A DNA stretch of 64,000 nt, from contig JBGARZ010000013.1 in the NCBI GenBank assembly GCA_044229975.1, positions 128,001 through 192,000 on the forward strand. The letters run 5' to 3'. The notes under the pieces were generated by a model, which saw only the letters and a program-made list of their open reading frames with translations, was not told the DNA's origin and searched no databases. A program made the position numbers and the translations under genes. Source of the DNA: Polyangiales bacterium (lineage in GTDB: Bacteria; Myxococcota_A; Polyangia; Polyangiales; Ga0077539). This document shows, in pieces, positions 1-10,132 of this stretch (position 1 is its first letter; the number at the start of each line of letters is the position of its first letter).

Positions 1-459
1 CCGAGCGCCGCCGCTCCCACCGCCCCGACCGCCGACACCAACGACGCCGACGAAGACGACGCCGAGCAGGACGACCAGGACTGCGACGCCGAGACCGATG
101 CGCCCGCGCCCACGGCTCCCCCCGTCGCCGCGGCGCCCGTGGCCCCGCCGGTCGCCGCGCCCGTCGCCGCTCCGACGGTCATGCCGTGGCAGAGCATCCC
201 CGGGCTCGACCAGTTTCTTACCGGGCTCGGTATGACCCGACAGCCCGCTGCCCCCGCGGCCACTCCCGCGGCGCGCGCTGCGAGCCATCAGGTCTACGTG
301 GTGCAGACGCCCTTTGGTCCGGTCAGGGTCGAGGTCCCCGGCGCGATGGCCGCCCCGGCCGCCGCGCCCGCCGCCCGCCCCGCAGCGCCGGCTCCCCGCA
401 CGCACCGCCGCCGCGCCGCGCCCGGCCGCGTGGTGCAGCTCGACACCCTCGACGTCTGA
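1..459 (+). CDS. Pro/Ala-rich hypothetical protein, C-terminal part (5' end outside window)
   Basis: Frame open from base 1 to TGA at 457-459; GC3-rich codons; acidic DEDD stretch and PAA repeats. Confidence 0.6.
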   Translation, partial: PSAAAPTAPTADTNDADEDDAEQDDQDCDAETDAPAPTAPPVAAAPVAPPVAAPVAAPTVMPWQSIPGLDQFLTGLGMTRQPAAPAATPAARAASHQVYVVQTPFGPVRVEVPGAMAAPAAAPAARPAAPAPRTHRRRAAPGRVVQLDTLDV

Positions 460-516
460 TCGACAACACCTCCCACCGCTGCTTCGCCTCCGCGGACTGC
501 GCTATCGTCCGACGCG

Positions 517-2139
517 ATGCTCACCCGACGAGACCTGCTGGCCGCCGTGGGCGCCTCCGCCGCCTCGGGCCTCGCGAGCACGGGCTGTAGCGGCGACGCC
601 CCGTACGTTCCTCCCTCCCCCGACGACGACGCCTCCACGAACTCCGACGGCGGTTCGCTCCCCGTAGAAGCTGACTTCCTCCACGGCGTCGCGAGCGGTG
701 ACCCCCTCTCCGATCGCGTCATCCTGTGGACCCGCGTCACCCCGCGCGGCGGCCTGCGAGGCTTCGTCGACGTCCGCTGGGAGCTCTCCGCCACGCTCGA
801 CTTCGCCACCCTCGTCGCCTCGGGCAGCGTCGTCACCACCTTCGAGCGCGACTACACGGTCAAGGTCGACGCCGCGGCCCTCAGCCCCGGGACCACCTAC
901 TACTACCGCTTCGCCGTCGGCGCGACGCACTCCGTCGTCGGCCGCACCCGCACCACGCCCGTCGGCCCCGTCGACCGACTGCGCCTCGCGGTGGTCTCCT
1001 GCGCGAGCCTCGCCCACGGGTACTTCCACATCTACCGCGACATCGCCGAGCGCCTCGACCTCGACGCGGTCGTGCACCTCGGCGACTACATCTACGAGTA
1101 CGCCAACGGGCGCTACGGCAACGTGCGGCCGTACGACCCGCCCACCGAGACCTTCTCGCTCTCCGACTACCGGCGTCGGCACGCCCAGTACAAGCGCGAC
1201 GCCGACGTGCGGGCCGTCCACCAGCAGCACCCGATGATCGCCATCTGGGACGACCACGAGTTCGCCAACAACACCTGGATGAACGGCTCGGAGACGCCGC
1301 CGCCCCGCGGCGTGGAGTGGCGCGACCGCAAGGCCGCCGCCATGCGCGCCTACTTCGAGTGGATGCCGATCCGCGAGCAGGCCGAGGGGCGCATCTGGCG
1401 GCGCTTCGCCTTCGGCGACCTCGCGGACCTCGTCATGCTCGACACCCGCCTCTGGGCGAGGCCGATGCCGCTCCCGGGCGGATCGCCCGGCGCCAACGAC
1501 CCGCGGCGCACGCTGCTCGGCGACGACCAGGAGCGCTGGTGCTTCGACGCCCTGGGCGGCTCCACCGCGCGATGGAAACTCGTCGGTCAGCAAGTGCGCA
1601 TGGCGCCGCTCTCGCCCAAGTACAACACCGACACCTGGGAGGGGTTTCCCGCCGCGAGGGACCGCTTCCTCCAGGCCATCGCGCGCATGCGCACCGACGA
1701 CGTCGCGGTGCTCACCGGCGACATCCACACCTCCTGGGCCATGGACCTCGCGCTCAACCCCTTCGACCGCCGCGAGTACGATCCGCGCACCGGCATGGGC
1801 TCGCTCGCCGTGGAGCTCATCACCCCCGGCGTGACCTCCCCCTCCGGGCACCCGCCCGAGGTCGAGGAGACCATCCCCGACATCCTCCGGGACAACCCCC
1901 ACATGCGCTACGGCAACGGCTCCAAGCGCGGCTTCATCCTCGTCGACGTCACCCGCGAGCGCCTCCAGGCCGAGTGGTTTCACCTGCCCTATGGCGCCGT
2001 CGAGCAGCGCGAGCGACGGCGCCCCACCTTCAGCGCCGCGTGGCTCACCCGCGCGGGCGCCAACCACCTCACGCCGGGCGGCAACCCGACGACGGCCCGC
2101 GAGAACCCTCCGGCCGCCGCGCCGTGGGAGCCCGCGTAG
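517..2139 (+). CDS. phoD: Alkaline phosphatase D family protein, Tat-exported lipoprotein
   Basis: FLHGVASGDP, VILWTR, HLGDYIYE, WDDHEFANN, LDTR and TGDIH motifs; N-terminal TRRDLL twin-arginine motif and STGC lipobox. Confidence 0.93.
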   Translation: MLTRRDLLAAVGASAASGLASTGCSGDAPYVPPSPDDDASTNSDGGSLPVEADFLHGVASGDPLSDRVILWTRVTPRGGLRGFVDVRWELSATLDFATLVASGSVVTTFERDYTVKVDAAALSPGTTYYYRFAVGATHSVVGRTRTTPVGPVDRLRLAVVSCASLAHGYFHIYRDIAERLDLDAVVHLGDYIYEYANGRYGNVRPYDPPTETFSLSDYRRRHAQYKRDADVRAVHQQHPMIAIWDDHEFANNTWMNGSETPPPRGVEWRDRKAAAMRAYFEWMPIREQAEGRIWRRFAFGDLADLVMLDTRLWARPMPLPGGSPGANDPRRTLLGDDQERWCFDALGGSTARWKLVGQQVRMAPLSPKYNTDTWEGFPAARDRFLQAIARMRTDDVAVLTGDIHTSWAMDLALNPFDRREYDPRTGMGSLAVELITPGVTSPSGHPPEVEETIPDILRDNPHMRYGNGSKRGFILVDVTRERLQAEWFHLPYGAVEQRERRRPTFSAAWLTRAGANHLTPGGNPTTARENPPAAAPWEPA

Positions 2140-2142
2140 CCG

Positions 2143-3984
2143 TCAGCCCTCGCGCACGACGAGACCCGGCGGCAACGGGATGCCGGCGTGGTGCAGCGCG
2201 GTGCGAAACTCCGACTTGTTGAAGCTGCGGCTGTACGCCTCGCGCACGTCGACGCGGCCCGAGCGCACCAGCTCGCAGAGCGAGTCGTGCTGCGAGATCA
2301 TCCCGACCTGTCGCGAGGTCTGCATCACGCCCGCGAGCTGGAAGGTCTTGCCCTCGCGGATGAGGTTGGCCACCGCGGGCGTCACCAGCAGGACCTCGTA
2401 CGCCGGGATGCGCCCGCCGCCGATCTTCCGGCACAGCGTCTGCGACACCACGCCCTTCAGCGACTCGGCCAGCATCGTGCGAATCTGCGGCTGACGCTCG
2501 GCGGGAAACTGGTCGATGATGCGGTCGACCGTGCTGGGGGCCGTGCGGGTGTGGAGCGTTCCGAAGACGAGGTGACCCGTCTCCGCCGTCTCGATGGCGA
2601 TGGCCGTCGTCTCCAGGTCGCGCATCTCGCCCACCAGCACCACGTCGGGGTCTTCGCGCAGCGCCGCCCGCAGCGCGTGCTTGAAGCCCTCGGTGTGCAT
2701 CCCCACCTCGCGCTGGTTGACCAGGCAGCGCTTGTTCTTGTGCACGAACTCGATGGGGTCTTCGATGGTGATGATGTGGTCTTTGCGGGTGCTGTTGATG
2801 CGGTCGATCATCCCCGCCAGCGACGTGCTCTTGCCCGAACCCGTCGGGCCCGTGAACAACACCAGACCTTTGGGCAGGTCGCACAGGTCGAGCACCGCGC
2901 GCGACAACCCGAGCTCCTCGGCCGACACGATGTCCATCGGGATGCGCCGCAGCACCGCCGACGGCCCGCGTCGCTCCACCATCGCGTTGCAGCGGAAGCG
3001 CGCGACCCCGTTGATCTCGTAGGCGTAGTCGGCGTCGTTGCGGGCGGCGTACTCGCGCCGCGCCGCGCCCTTCATCGTCGGCAGGATGAGCGCCTTGAGT
3101 CCGTCCGCGGTGAGCGGGAGGTGGTCGCCGGGCAGCGGCCTGATCTCGCCGTGCAGACGCATCATCGGCGGCCGACCCGTGGCGAGGTGCAGGTCGCTCG
3201 CGCCCACCTTGGTCATCAGCCGCAGGATCGCGTCGATGCCCGCGGTGTCGCCCACCCGCTCGTCGTCCGAGGCGACGATTGGTGCGGCAGGCGCCTCGCT
3301 CGCGCGACCGTTCTGCACCGCGCGGTCGATAATCACCTCGGTGCCGCGCGGCCCCGTCGACTCCGCCCCGCGGGGCACGTCGGGCTGCATCGAGACGCGC
3401 TGGAGGTCAGGCCGCGAAAACCGCGGGCCCTCCGGGATGGACAGCCGCTCGGGCGCGGGCAACGACTGGCGGGGTGAGTCCTGTCGCGGGACCTCCAGCC
3501 GGGCGCCCTGACCGACCATCGGAGACGGTGCCTGAGGGGCGGCCGAGCGGACGGGCTGCGGGCCGGAGGGGATGGTTCCGCTGCCGGCGACGCGCACGAT
3601 CGGGTGCATGTCGCCGCTCGGGCGACGGCCGACGGCCGCGAGGTTGCCCGACGTGACGTGCGCCGACGCCACCTGGCGCGGACTGGGCAGCGGGATGAGC
3701 ACGAGCTTCCACGCGCCGGGCGTCGGCGTGACCTCCACCGTCACCGTCGGAACATCGAGCGGATAGAGGAACTTCGTCGGCCGCGACGCGCGCAGGTCGG
3801 ACATCGCACCGGGCGGCGCGCTCTCGTTGACGGCCGCCACCAGCAGCGAGTGCTCGACGGTCTGCGTGGACGCCTTCTCGGTGCCCGAGGCGAGCCGCGC
3901 CACCACCGGGCCGTTGGACGTGACCATCAGCGAGAGGGCCTCGAAGCGCAGCAGGTGCTGGATGTACTTGTCGATCTGCGCCAC
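2143..3984 (-). CDS. pilT: Type IV pilus retraction ATPase PilT/PilU family with long N-terminal extension
   Basis: GASDLHL, Walker A GPTGSGKS, EDPIE Asp box, VGEMRD Walker B, TGHLVFGTLH His box, AVANLIRE. Confidence 0.9.
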   Translation of the reverse strand: MAQIDKYIQHLLRFEALSLMVTSNGPVVARLASGTEKASTQTVEHSLLVAAVNESAPPGAMSDLRASRPTKFLYPLDVPTVTVEVTPTPGAWKLVLIPLPSPRQVASAHVTSGNLAAVGRRPSGDMHPIVRVAGSGTIPSGPQPVRSAAPQAPSPMVGQGARLEVPRQDSPRQSLPAPERLSIPEGPRFSRPDLQRVSMQPDVPRGAESTGPRGTEVIIDRAVQNGRASEAPAAPIVASDDERVGDTAGIDAILRLMTKVGASDLHLATGRPPMMRLHGEIRPLPGDHLPLTADGLKALILPTMKGAARREYAARNDADYAYEINGVARFRCNAMVERRGPSAVLRRIPMDIVSAEELGLSRAVLDLCDLPKGLVLFTGPTGSGKSTSLAGMIDRINSTRKDHIITIEDPIEFVHKNKRCLVNQREVGMHTEGFKHALRAALREDPDVVLVGEMRDLETTAIAIETAETGHLVFGTLHTRTAPSTVDRIIDQFPAERQPQIRTMLAESLKGVVSQTLCRKIGGGRIPAYEVLLVTPAVANLIREGKTFQLAGVMQTSRQVGMISQHDSLCELVRSGRVDVREAYSRSFNKSEFRTALHHAGIPLPPGLVVREG

Positions 3985-3999
3985 TGCCTACGCCTCCGT

Positions 4000-5460
4000 C
4001 TATGCGTCCGGGAGAGAGACGCCGGCGTTGTGGAAGAGCTGCCGGATCTCGGTCTTGTTGATGGACTTCAGGTACGCCTCGCGCGGCTCGACGAGGCCCT
4101 TCAGCACGAGGTCGAGCAGCGAGTCGGCCATGGTCACCATGCCGAGGTGCTTGCTGGTCTGCATGGTTCCGGGGAGCTGGAAGGTCTTGCCCTCGCGGAT
4201 GAGGTTGGCCACCGCGGGCGTGCCGATGAGCACCTCGTAGGCCGCGATGCGACCGCCGCCGATCTTCTTGCAGAGCGTCTGCGCGATGACGCCCTTCAGC
4301 GAGTCCGAGAGCATCGCCCTGATCTGCGCCTGACGGTCGGACGGAAACTGGTCGATGATGCGATCGACGGTGCTCGCGGCCGTGTTGGTGTGGAGCGTTC
4401 CGAAGACGAGGTGACCGGTCTCCGCCGTCTCGATGGCGATCTCGACGGTCTCCAGGTCGCGCATCTCACCCACCAGCACCACGTCGGGGTCTTCGCGCAG
4501 CGCCGCGCGCAGCGCCACGCGGAAGCCTTCGGTGTGCACGCCCACCTCGCGCTGCCGCACGAGGCACTTCTTGTCGTTGTGGACGAACTCCACCGGGTCT
4601 TCGATGGTCACGATGTGGTCGTCGCGCGTGGCGTTGACCCGGTCGATCATCGAGGCGAGCGTGGTGCTCTTGCCCGACCCGGTGGGGCCCGTGACGAGCA
4701 CGAGGCCGCGCGAGAGATCACACAGTTCGAGCACCTGCACCGAGAGCCCGAGCTTCTCCGCCGAGAGGATCTCGAAGGGGATGCGGCGGAAGACGGCGCC
4801 GATGCCGTTGCGGTCCATGAACAGGTTGACGCGGAAGCGCGAGACGCCGGCGATCTCGTGGGCGAAGTCGGTGTCCCGCTTGCGCTCGAACTCCTCGCGG
4901 TTGCGCTTCGGAACGATGGGCCAGATGAGCGTGCGGAGGGCTTCGGGGCTGAAGGGCTGCGAGTCGTCGACGCGCTGCATCTCCCCGTGCAGGCGCATCA
5001 TGGCGGCGACGCCCGACGAGAGGTGCAGGTCGCTCGCCCCGCGCTGCGACATGGCGCGGAGCATGGACTCGATGCCCGCCTCGGCGCCGGGCGCGGTGGA
5101 GGCAGTGCCCCCCGCGGGCATCGCCTCGGGCAGCACCGCCGAGCGGGGCAAGCCCGGTGAGGCGCCAGGGATGAGCGTGACGCGCCAGGTGCCCTGCGAC
5201 GGCATGACCTCGACGGTGACGGAGTTCATCGCCGTGCTGCCGTAGTTGAAGCGGGTGGTCTTGCCGAGGCGCAGCTCCTGGAGGCAGCCGGGCGGCGCGA
5301 CCTCGGAGATCATCGCCGCGACGCTCGCGTGGTCGAGCACCTGGTTGGAGACCTTCTCCCCGGAGGCCGTCTGCACGGTCACGGGCGCGCCCGATCCCAC
5401 GACGAGGGCCTCGCCCGCGAAGCGGATCAAGTGTCCGACCAGCTTGTCGATCTGACGCAT
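4000..5460 (-). CDS. pilT: Type IV pilus retraction ATPase PilT/PilU family with N-terminal extension
   Basis: Same motif set (GPTGSGKSTT, EDPVE, GEMRD, GHLVFGTLH, AVANLIRE); tandem paralogue of 2143..3984. Confidence 0.9.
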   Translation of the reverse strand: MRQIDKLVGHLIRFAGEALVVGSGAPVTVQTASGEKVSNQVLDHASVAAMISEVAPPGCLQELRLGKTTRFNYGSTAMNSVTVEVMPSQGTWRVTLIPGASPGLPRSAVLPEAMPAGGTASTAPGAEAGIESMLRAMSQRGASDLHLSSGVAAMMRLHGEMQRVDDSQPFSPEALRTLIWPIVPKRNREEFERKRDTDFAHEIAGVSRFRVNLFMDRNGIGAVFRRIPFEILSAEKLGLSVQVLELCDLSRGLVLVTGPTGSGKSTTLASMIDRVNATRDDHIVTIEDPVEFVHNDKKCLVRQREVGVHTEGFRVALRAALREDPDVVLVGEMRDLETVEIAIETAETGHLVFGTLHTNTAASTVDRIIDQFPSDRQAQIRAMLSDSLKGVIAQTLCKKIGGGRIAAYEVLIGTPAVANLIREGKTFQLPGTMQTSKHLGMVTMADSLLDLVLKGLVEPREAYLKSINKTEIRQLFHNAGVSLPDA

Positions 5461-5595
5461 GCGACCGAAGCACCCACTGTCGCGCGCCCGACGAGCCGGA
5501 GCATCCGCGAGGCCCGGGGTTATACCAACACCCTCGCGCCCACCGCGAGGACGAACGCCACCGCCGCGTGTGGGTTATGCTCGACCGCCAGTCCG

Positions 5596-6237
5596 ATGGG
5601 ATACGCCGTCAAGGAGCTGTTCTACACGTTGCAGGGCGAAGGGGCGCGGGCCGGCCGGGCGGCGGTGTTCGTTCGATTTACGGGCTGCAACCTGTGGACG
5701 GGGCGCGAGGCCGACCGGGCGAAGGGCCCCGGCGGGTGCTCGCTCTGGTGCGACACGGACTTCGTCGGAACCGACGGCGACGGGGGTGGAAGGTTTGCCT
5801 CGGCGGACGATCTGGCGAGGGCGGTGGCACGGGCGTGGGGGCCCGACCGCGAGGCGCGCTACGTGGTGTGCACCGGGGGCGAGCCGCTGCTGCAACTGGA
5901 CGAGGCGCTGGTCGAGGCGCTGCACCGCGAGGGCTTCGAGGTGGCCATCGAGACCAACGGGACCATCGCCGTACCCGCGGGCGTCGACTGGGTGTGCGTG
6001 AGCCCGAAGGCGGGCTCGACGGTGGTGGTGCGCGAGGGCGACGAGCTGAAGCTGGTGATCCCGCAGGAGGGGATGAGCCCGACGGACTTCGAGGCGTGGG
6101 GCTTCGCGCACCGCTTCGTGCAGGCGTGCGACGGCCCGCAGCGGGTCGAGCACACGCGCGCGGCGGTCGAGTGGTGCCGCGCGCACCCGCGGTGGCGGCT
6201 GTCGCTCCAGACCCACAAGCTCCTGGGCATCCCATGA
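5596..6237 (+). CDS. queE: 7-carboxy-7-deazaguanine synthase (radical SAM)
   Basis: KELFYTLQGEG, AVFVRFTGCNLW...CDTDF, TGGEPLLQ, IETNGT, VSPK, WRLSLQTHK; ATG at 5596 chosen by family N-terminus. Confidence 0.93.
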   Translation: MGYAVKELFYTLQGEGARAGRAAVFVRFTGCNLWTGREADRAKGPGGCSLWCDTDFVGTDGDGGGRFASADDLARAVARAWGPDREARYVVCTGGEPLLQLDEALVEALHREGFEVAIETNGTIAVPAGVDWVCVSPKAGSTVVVREGDELKLVIPQEGMSPTDFEAWGFAHRFVQACDGPQRVEHTRAAVEWCRAHPRWRLSLQTHKLLGIP

Positions 6238-6851
6238 GGCGCGCGCTGGTCTCCGTCGCAGTCGTCGCGGTCGCGATGGTGTCGCTGGGCGCGTGCGCGC
6301 AGGGCCGCAGCGACGATCGCACCACCGACGTCGCCATCTCGGGGATGTCGCCCATCGTCGACCCCGTCGAAGACGGCGCGGTGGACGAGTACGGCGACCC
6401 CATCAAGCCGACGCCGGATGTTCCGGAGGTGTGGAGCGACCTGGGCGCACCGATGGTCGATGCGGGCGTGGCGCCGAGGGTCGACGCGGGACCGTGCGGG
6501 ACGGCGGGGCGCATGTGCTGTCAGGGGTCGACCTGCGGCAACGGGCTGCGGTGCACGGCCAACCTCTGCGTGGAGATGAGCGCCTGCGGGTCGTGGCGCC
6601 AGCCGTGCTGCGGCGCGGCGGCGTGCGGCCCGGGGCTGAGCTGTTCGAGCGCGCGCTGCGACGGGGCAGGAGCGTGCGGGGCGAGCGGGCAGTCGTGCTG
6701 CGGCGGGGCGACGCCATGCCTCGCGCGGCAGGTGTGCGCGGCCGCGACGTGCCGACCGTGCGGGGCCGCGGGTCAGCCGTGCTGCACCACGCTGGCGCCG
6801 ATGTGCAACGGGAGCCTCGCGTGCGCGGGCGGGTACTGCGTGGGCGGGTGA
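6234..6851 (+). CDS. Cys-rich lipoprotein with CGxxGQxCC repeats
   Basis: ATG overlaps the queE stop (ATGA); LGAC lipobox; four CGxxxxxCC units. Confidence 0.75.
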   Translation: MRRALVSVAVVAVAMVSLGACAQGRSDDRTTDVAISGMSPIVDPVEDGAVDEYGDPIKPTPDVPEVWSDLGAPMVDAGVAPRVDAGPCGTAGRMCCQGSTCGNGLRCTANLCVEMSACGSWRQPCCGAAACGPGLSCSSARCDGAGACGASGQSCCGGATPCLARQVCAAATCRPCGAAGQPCCTTLAPMCNGSLACAGGYCVGG

Positions 6852-6860
6852 TTTGGGGAG

Positions 6861-7045
6861 TTGCGTCGCGGAAAGAGAGAGAGCCGCAAGGGCGCAAGGA
6901 TCGCAAGGGAGAGAACGAAGGGTCGGCAGATCCGACCGACGCGGTTGAGCAAGACGGACCGACGCGGATGAGCGCCGGTCCGTCCATTCCATCTCTCCCT
7001 TGCGACCCTTGCGCCCTGGCGGCCCTTTCTCTCTCGACGTCGCAT
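6861..7045. repeat. Intergenic inverted-repeat element, family 1 (GCAAGG-triplet core), copy A
   Basis: Left arm gaaagagagagagccgcaagggcgcaaggatcgcaagggagaga is an imperfect reverse complement of right arm tctctcccttgcgacccttgcgccctggcggccctttctctctc. Confidence 0.85.
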
Positions 7046-7077
7046 CCGTCACCGGCCCGCCGCGCGTAGTCCCTCCT

Positions 7078-7770
7078 GTGAGCCCGCTGCGCTTCGCCTT
7101 CATTGCTCTCCTCCTCGCCTGTCGCGCCGAACGTCCACCCGCCGTCGCCGCGCCCATCGCCGACGCCACCCCTCGCCCGTCGGTGCGCTACCTCGCGCTC
7201 GGCGACTCGTTCACCATTGGCACCGGGTCGTCCCCAGCACAGTCGTTTCCGTCGCGCCTCGTCGCCCGCTGGGACGCGCGCTGCGCCGTCACCCACCGCA
7301 ACCTCGCGGTCAACGGCTACACCACGCAGGACGTCCTCGACGAGGAGCTTCCCGAGGTGCGCCCCTTCGCGCCGACCTTCGTCACGCTCGCCGTCGGCGC
7401 CAACGACCTCGTGCGCGGCCGCTCCGTCGCCGAGTACCGCGCGCAGCTCGGTCGCCTCTTCGACGCCCTCGCCGCCGCAGGCGTCCCCGCGTCGCGCGTC
7501 GTCACGCTCCCGCAGCCCGCGTGGGACCGCTCGCCCGCCGCCGCCAACTTCGGCGACCCCGCGGTCACCGCGCGCTCCATCGCGGCCTTCAACGACGCCC
7601 TGCGCGAGGTCTCCGCCGACCGCGGCGCCCGCTACGTCGACCTCACGACCCTGCTCCGCGCGCAAGCCGAGCGCGGCCTCATCGCCCCCGACGGGCTGCA
7701 CCCCTCCGCCGAGGCCCACGACGCCTGGGCCGCCGAGCTCGATCGCACGCTGCCGCCCTGCGGCGGCTGA
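7078..7770 (+). CDS. SGNH/GDSL hydrolase, lipoprotein
   Basis: YLALGDSFT, NLAVNG, GAND, DGLHPS blocks; LLAC lipobox after GTG at 7078. Confidence 0.88.
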   Translation: MSPLRFAFIALLLACRAERPPAVAAPIADATPRPSVRYLALGDSFTIGTGSSPAQSFPSRLVARWDARCAVTHRNLAVNGYTTQDVLDEELPEVRPFAPTFVTLAVGANDLVRGRSVAEYRAQLGRLFDALAAAGVPASRVVTLPQPAWDRSPAAANFGDPAVTARSIAAFNDALREVSADRGARYVDLTTLLRAQAERGLIAPDGLHPSAEAHDAWAAELDRTLPPCGG

Positions 7771-7818
7771 GACCCTTCCAACCGTCTCCCTCGTTGGCGT
7801 ATCACCGTCGCCCCTCCC

Positions 7819-9390
7819 GTGGCGCGCTCTCCCCTGTTCGGTCGGTTGATGCACTCGCTCCGCCTCGCGTCGTGGCTCGACGCGCGCCGCGTCTCCACCG
7901 CCGAGGGCCTCGAACGCCGTGATGCCTGGAGACACCAGCGCCGCGCCCTCCTCGTCGGGGCCGTCAGCGCCGCCGGGTGCGCCACCGCGTCGACGCTCAC
8001 TCCCGCGACGACCCAGCGATCAACGGGCGATGCGGGCGTGGTCATCGTCGGCGCGGGGCTCGCCGGTCTCACCGCCGCGACGCGGTTGCACCAGGCGGGG
8101 ATACGCTCGCGGGTCTTCGACGCGCAGCGACGGGTGGGCGGGAGGGCGTTCACGCTAAGGGGTCACTTCCCGTGCAAGGCAGAGCTCGGCGGCGAGCTCG
8201 TCGACACCGGGCACACCTCCATGCGCGGGCTCGTGCGCGAGCTCGGGCTCACCCTCGTCGACCGCGACGCGGGCCTCGAACCCGGCATCGAGCGCGAGCG
8301 CTACGTCATGCTCGGCCAGAGCTGGACCGAGCGGCAGGTGGTGGAGATGTTTCGCCCCGTCGCGTCGCTCATCCGGCGCGACCGCGCGCTGCTCGGCGGA
8401 CGCGAGGTCAGCCACGCGCACCACACGCCCGCGGCCGAGTCCCTCGACGCGCTCAGCACCGGTGTGTGGCTGGAGCGCAACGGCGTTCGCGGGCCGCTGC
8501 GTGCGCTGCTCGACGCGGCCTTCACCAGCGAGCTCGGACGTGACCTCGACGGGCAGAGCGCGCTGACATTCCTGTACGCGATCGGGGCCGAGCCCGACCG
8601 CTTCGCCCTCTATGGCGACAGCGACGAGCGCTACGTGGTGGCCGAAGGGTCCGACGCGATCGCGCGCACGCTGGCCTCGCGGCTGGGCGACGCGGTGATG
8701 CCCGGACACGCGCTGGTGGCGCTGCGACCGCGCGACGACGGCCGTGTGCGCTGCGTCTTCGACCGCGAGGGGACGACCGTGGAGGTCGACGCGGGGCGGG
8801 TGATCCTGGCGCTGCCGTTCAATCAGTTGCGGCGCGTGGAGCTGGGCGTGGAGCTGCCGCCCGCCAAGCGACGCGCCATCGCCGAGCTCCCCTACGCGAC
8901 CAACACCAAGGTCTTCATCACCACCACGGCCCGCCCCTGGCGCGAGGCGCGCAGCAGCGGGACCACCTTCCACGACGGCGGCGTCTACCATGAGAGCTGG
9001 GAGTCGGTTCGCGCGGCGGGGACGGAGCACGCGCTGCTCACGGCTTTCTCGGGGGGGAGGCTCGGGGTGTCGCTCGGTGAGAGCAACCCCGAGGCGCAGG
9101 GGCGGCGCTTCGCCGAGGCGTTGGACACGGTGTTTCCGGGGAGCGCGGAGGCGTTTACGGGACGGGCGGCGCGGATGCACTGGCCCGCGGCGCCCTTCCA
9201 CGAGGGCAGCTACGCCTGCTACGGGCCGGGCGACTGGTGCCGCATCGGCGGCGAAGAGGCGACGGCCGTCGGCGCGGTGCACTTCGCGGGCGAGCACACC
9301 AGCCGGCGCGCGCCGGGCTTCATGGAAGGCGCCGTGGAGTCAGGCGAGCGGGCGGCGCGTGAGGTGATCGCGGCGACACGTCGGGGGTGA
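7819..9390 (+). CDS. Flavin monoamine oxidase family protein
   Basis: VIVGAGLAGL dinucleotide fold, RVGGR, ELGGE, HFAGEHT...GFMEGAVESGERAA. Confidence 0.9.
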   Translation: MARSPLFGRLMHSLRLASWLDARRVSTAEGLERRDAWRHQRRALLVGAVSAAGCATASTLTPATTQRSTGDAGVVIVGAGLAGLTAATRLHQAGIRSRVFDAQRRVGGRAFTLRGHFPCKAELGGELVDTGHTSMRGLVRELGLTLVDRDAGLEPGIERERYVMLGQSWTERQVVEMFRPVASLIRRDRALLGGREVSHAHHTPAAESLDALSTGVWLERNGVRGPLRALLDAAFTSELGRDLDGQSALTFLYAIGAEPDRFALYGDSDERYVVAEGSDAIARTLASRLGDAVMPGHALVALRPRDDGRVRCVFDREGTTVEVDAGRVILALPFNQLRRVELGVELPPAKRRAIAELPYATNTKVFITTTARPWREARSSGTTFHDGGVYHESWESVRAAGTEHALLTAFSGGRLGVSLGESNPEAQGRRFAEALDTVFPGSAEAFTGRAARMHWPAAPFHEGSYACYGPGDWCRIGGEEATAVGAVHFAGEHTSRRAPGFMEGAVESGERAAREVIAATRRG

Positions 9391-9445
9391 CGCGGGGACG
9401 GGGTGGCGCGGCGCACGGTACCGCTCCGGCCGAGTGAGCGGGGTG

Positions 9446-10132
9446 TCAGACCGATGCAGCGGGTCGGCGGGTGTCCGGCGCCGTGAGGTGCGGAACCGCC
9501 GCGGTGTACTCGGCGGCGCGCCCCATCATCAGGAGGACGCCTTCGAGGATGAGCGCGGCGCCGCGGTAGGTGCGCAGCCACGCGCGCTTCTCCGAGGACT
9601 GCTCCGAGAGGGTGACGAGTCGCGCGCGCTCGGCCTCGTCGCCGCGGGTGACGAGCGGTTCGAGCGTCGCGAGCTGGGCGTCGAGGCGCGCGATCCAGCG
9701 GGTGTGATCGGGCACCGACGGCTCGTGCGCGAGGTGTTCGCGGGCGACGAGCGTGGCGTCGCGGAGGTTGCGGGCCCCCTTGCCGATGCCCGTCAGGCCG
9801 TGGGGGAGGAAGAGGTGGGGGTCGCCGTTCCAGGGGTCGTGGGCGTCGGACTTGCGGGCGGCGAGGTGCAGGGCGAACGACCGGAGCTCGCCGCGCGCGG
9901 CCTTCACCACGGGCAGCTTCTCCTCGGCGGTGGCGCCGCGCTCCGACTGGGCGCCACGACTCGCCGCCATCGCCCCGCGCATGGTGAGCGTCGCGGCGTC
10001 GAGCCGATCAGCGCACCACCCGAGCATGGCGATGACGGGCGGTGGGGCGTCGACGCCGACGATGCGCCGGAGGTTGCCGCTGAAGCGGTCGCCGTAGGTC
10101 TGGGTCTCCTGGTTGTCGATGTAGCTGTCCAT
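9446..10132 (-). CDS. Hypothetical, predicted all-helical protein
   Basis: ATG at 10132 preceded by GGAGG; GC3-biased codons; no family recognised. Confidence 0.75.
   Translation of the reverse strand: MDSYIDNQETQTYGDRFSGNLRRIVGVDAPPPVIAMLGWCADRLDAATLTMRGAMAASRGAQSERGATAEEKLPVVKAARGELRSFALHLAARKSDAHDPWNGDPHLFLPHGLTGIGKGARNLRDATLVAREHLAHEPSVPDHTRWIARLDAQLATLEPLVTRGDEAERARLVTLSEQSSEKRAWLRTYRGAALILEGVLLMMGRAAEYTAAVPHLTAPDTRRPAASV

Noticed and set aside
5596..6237. 7-deazaguanine DNA-modification (dpd) defence island
   Set aside because: queE is alone; no dpdA/tgt-like, queC, queD or folE genes are in the window.
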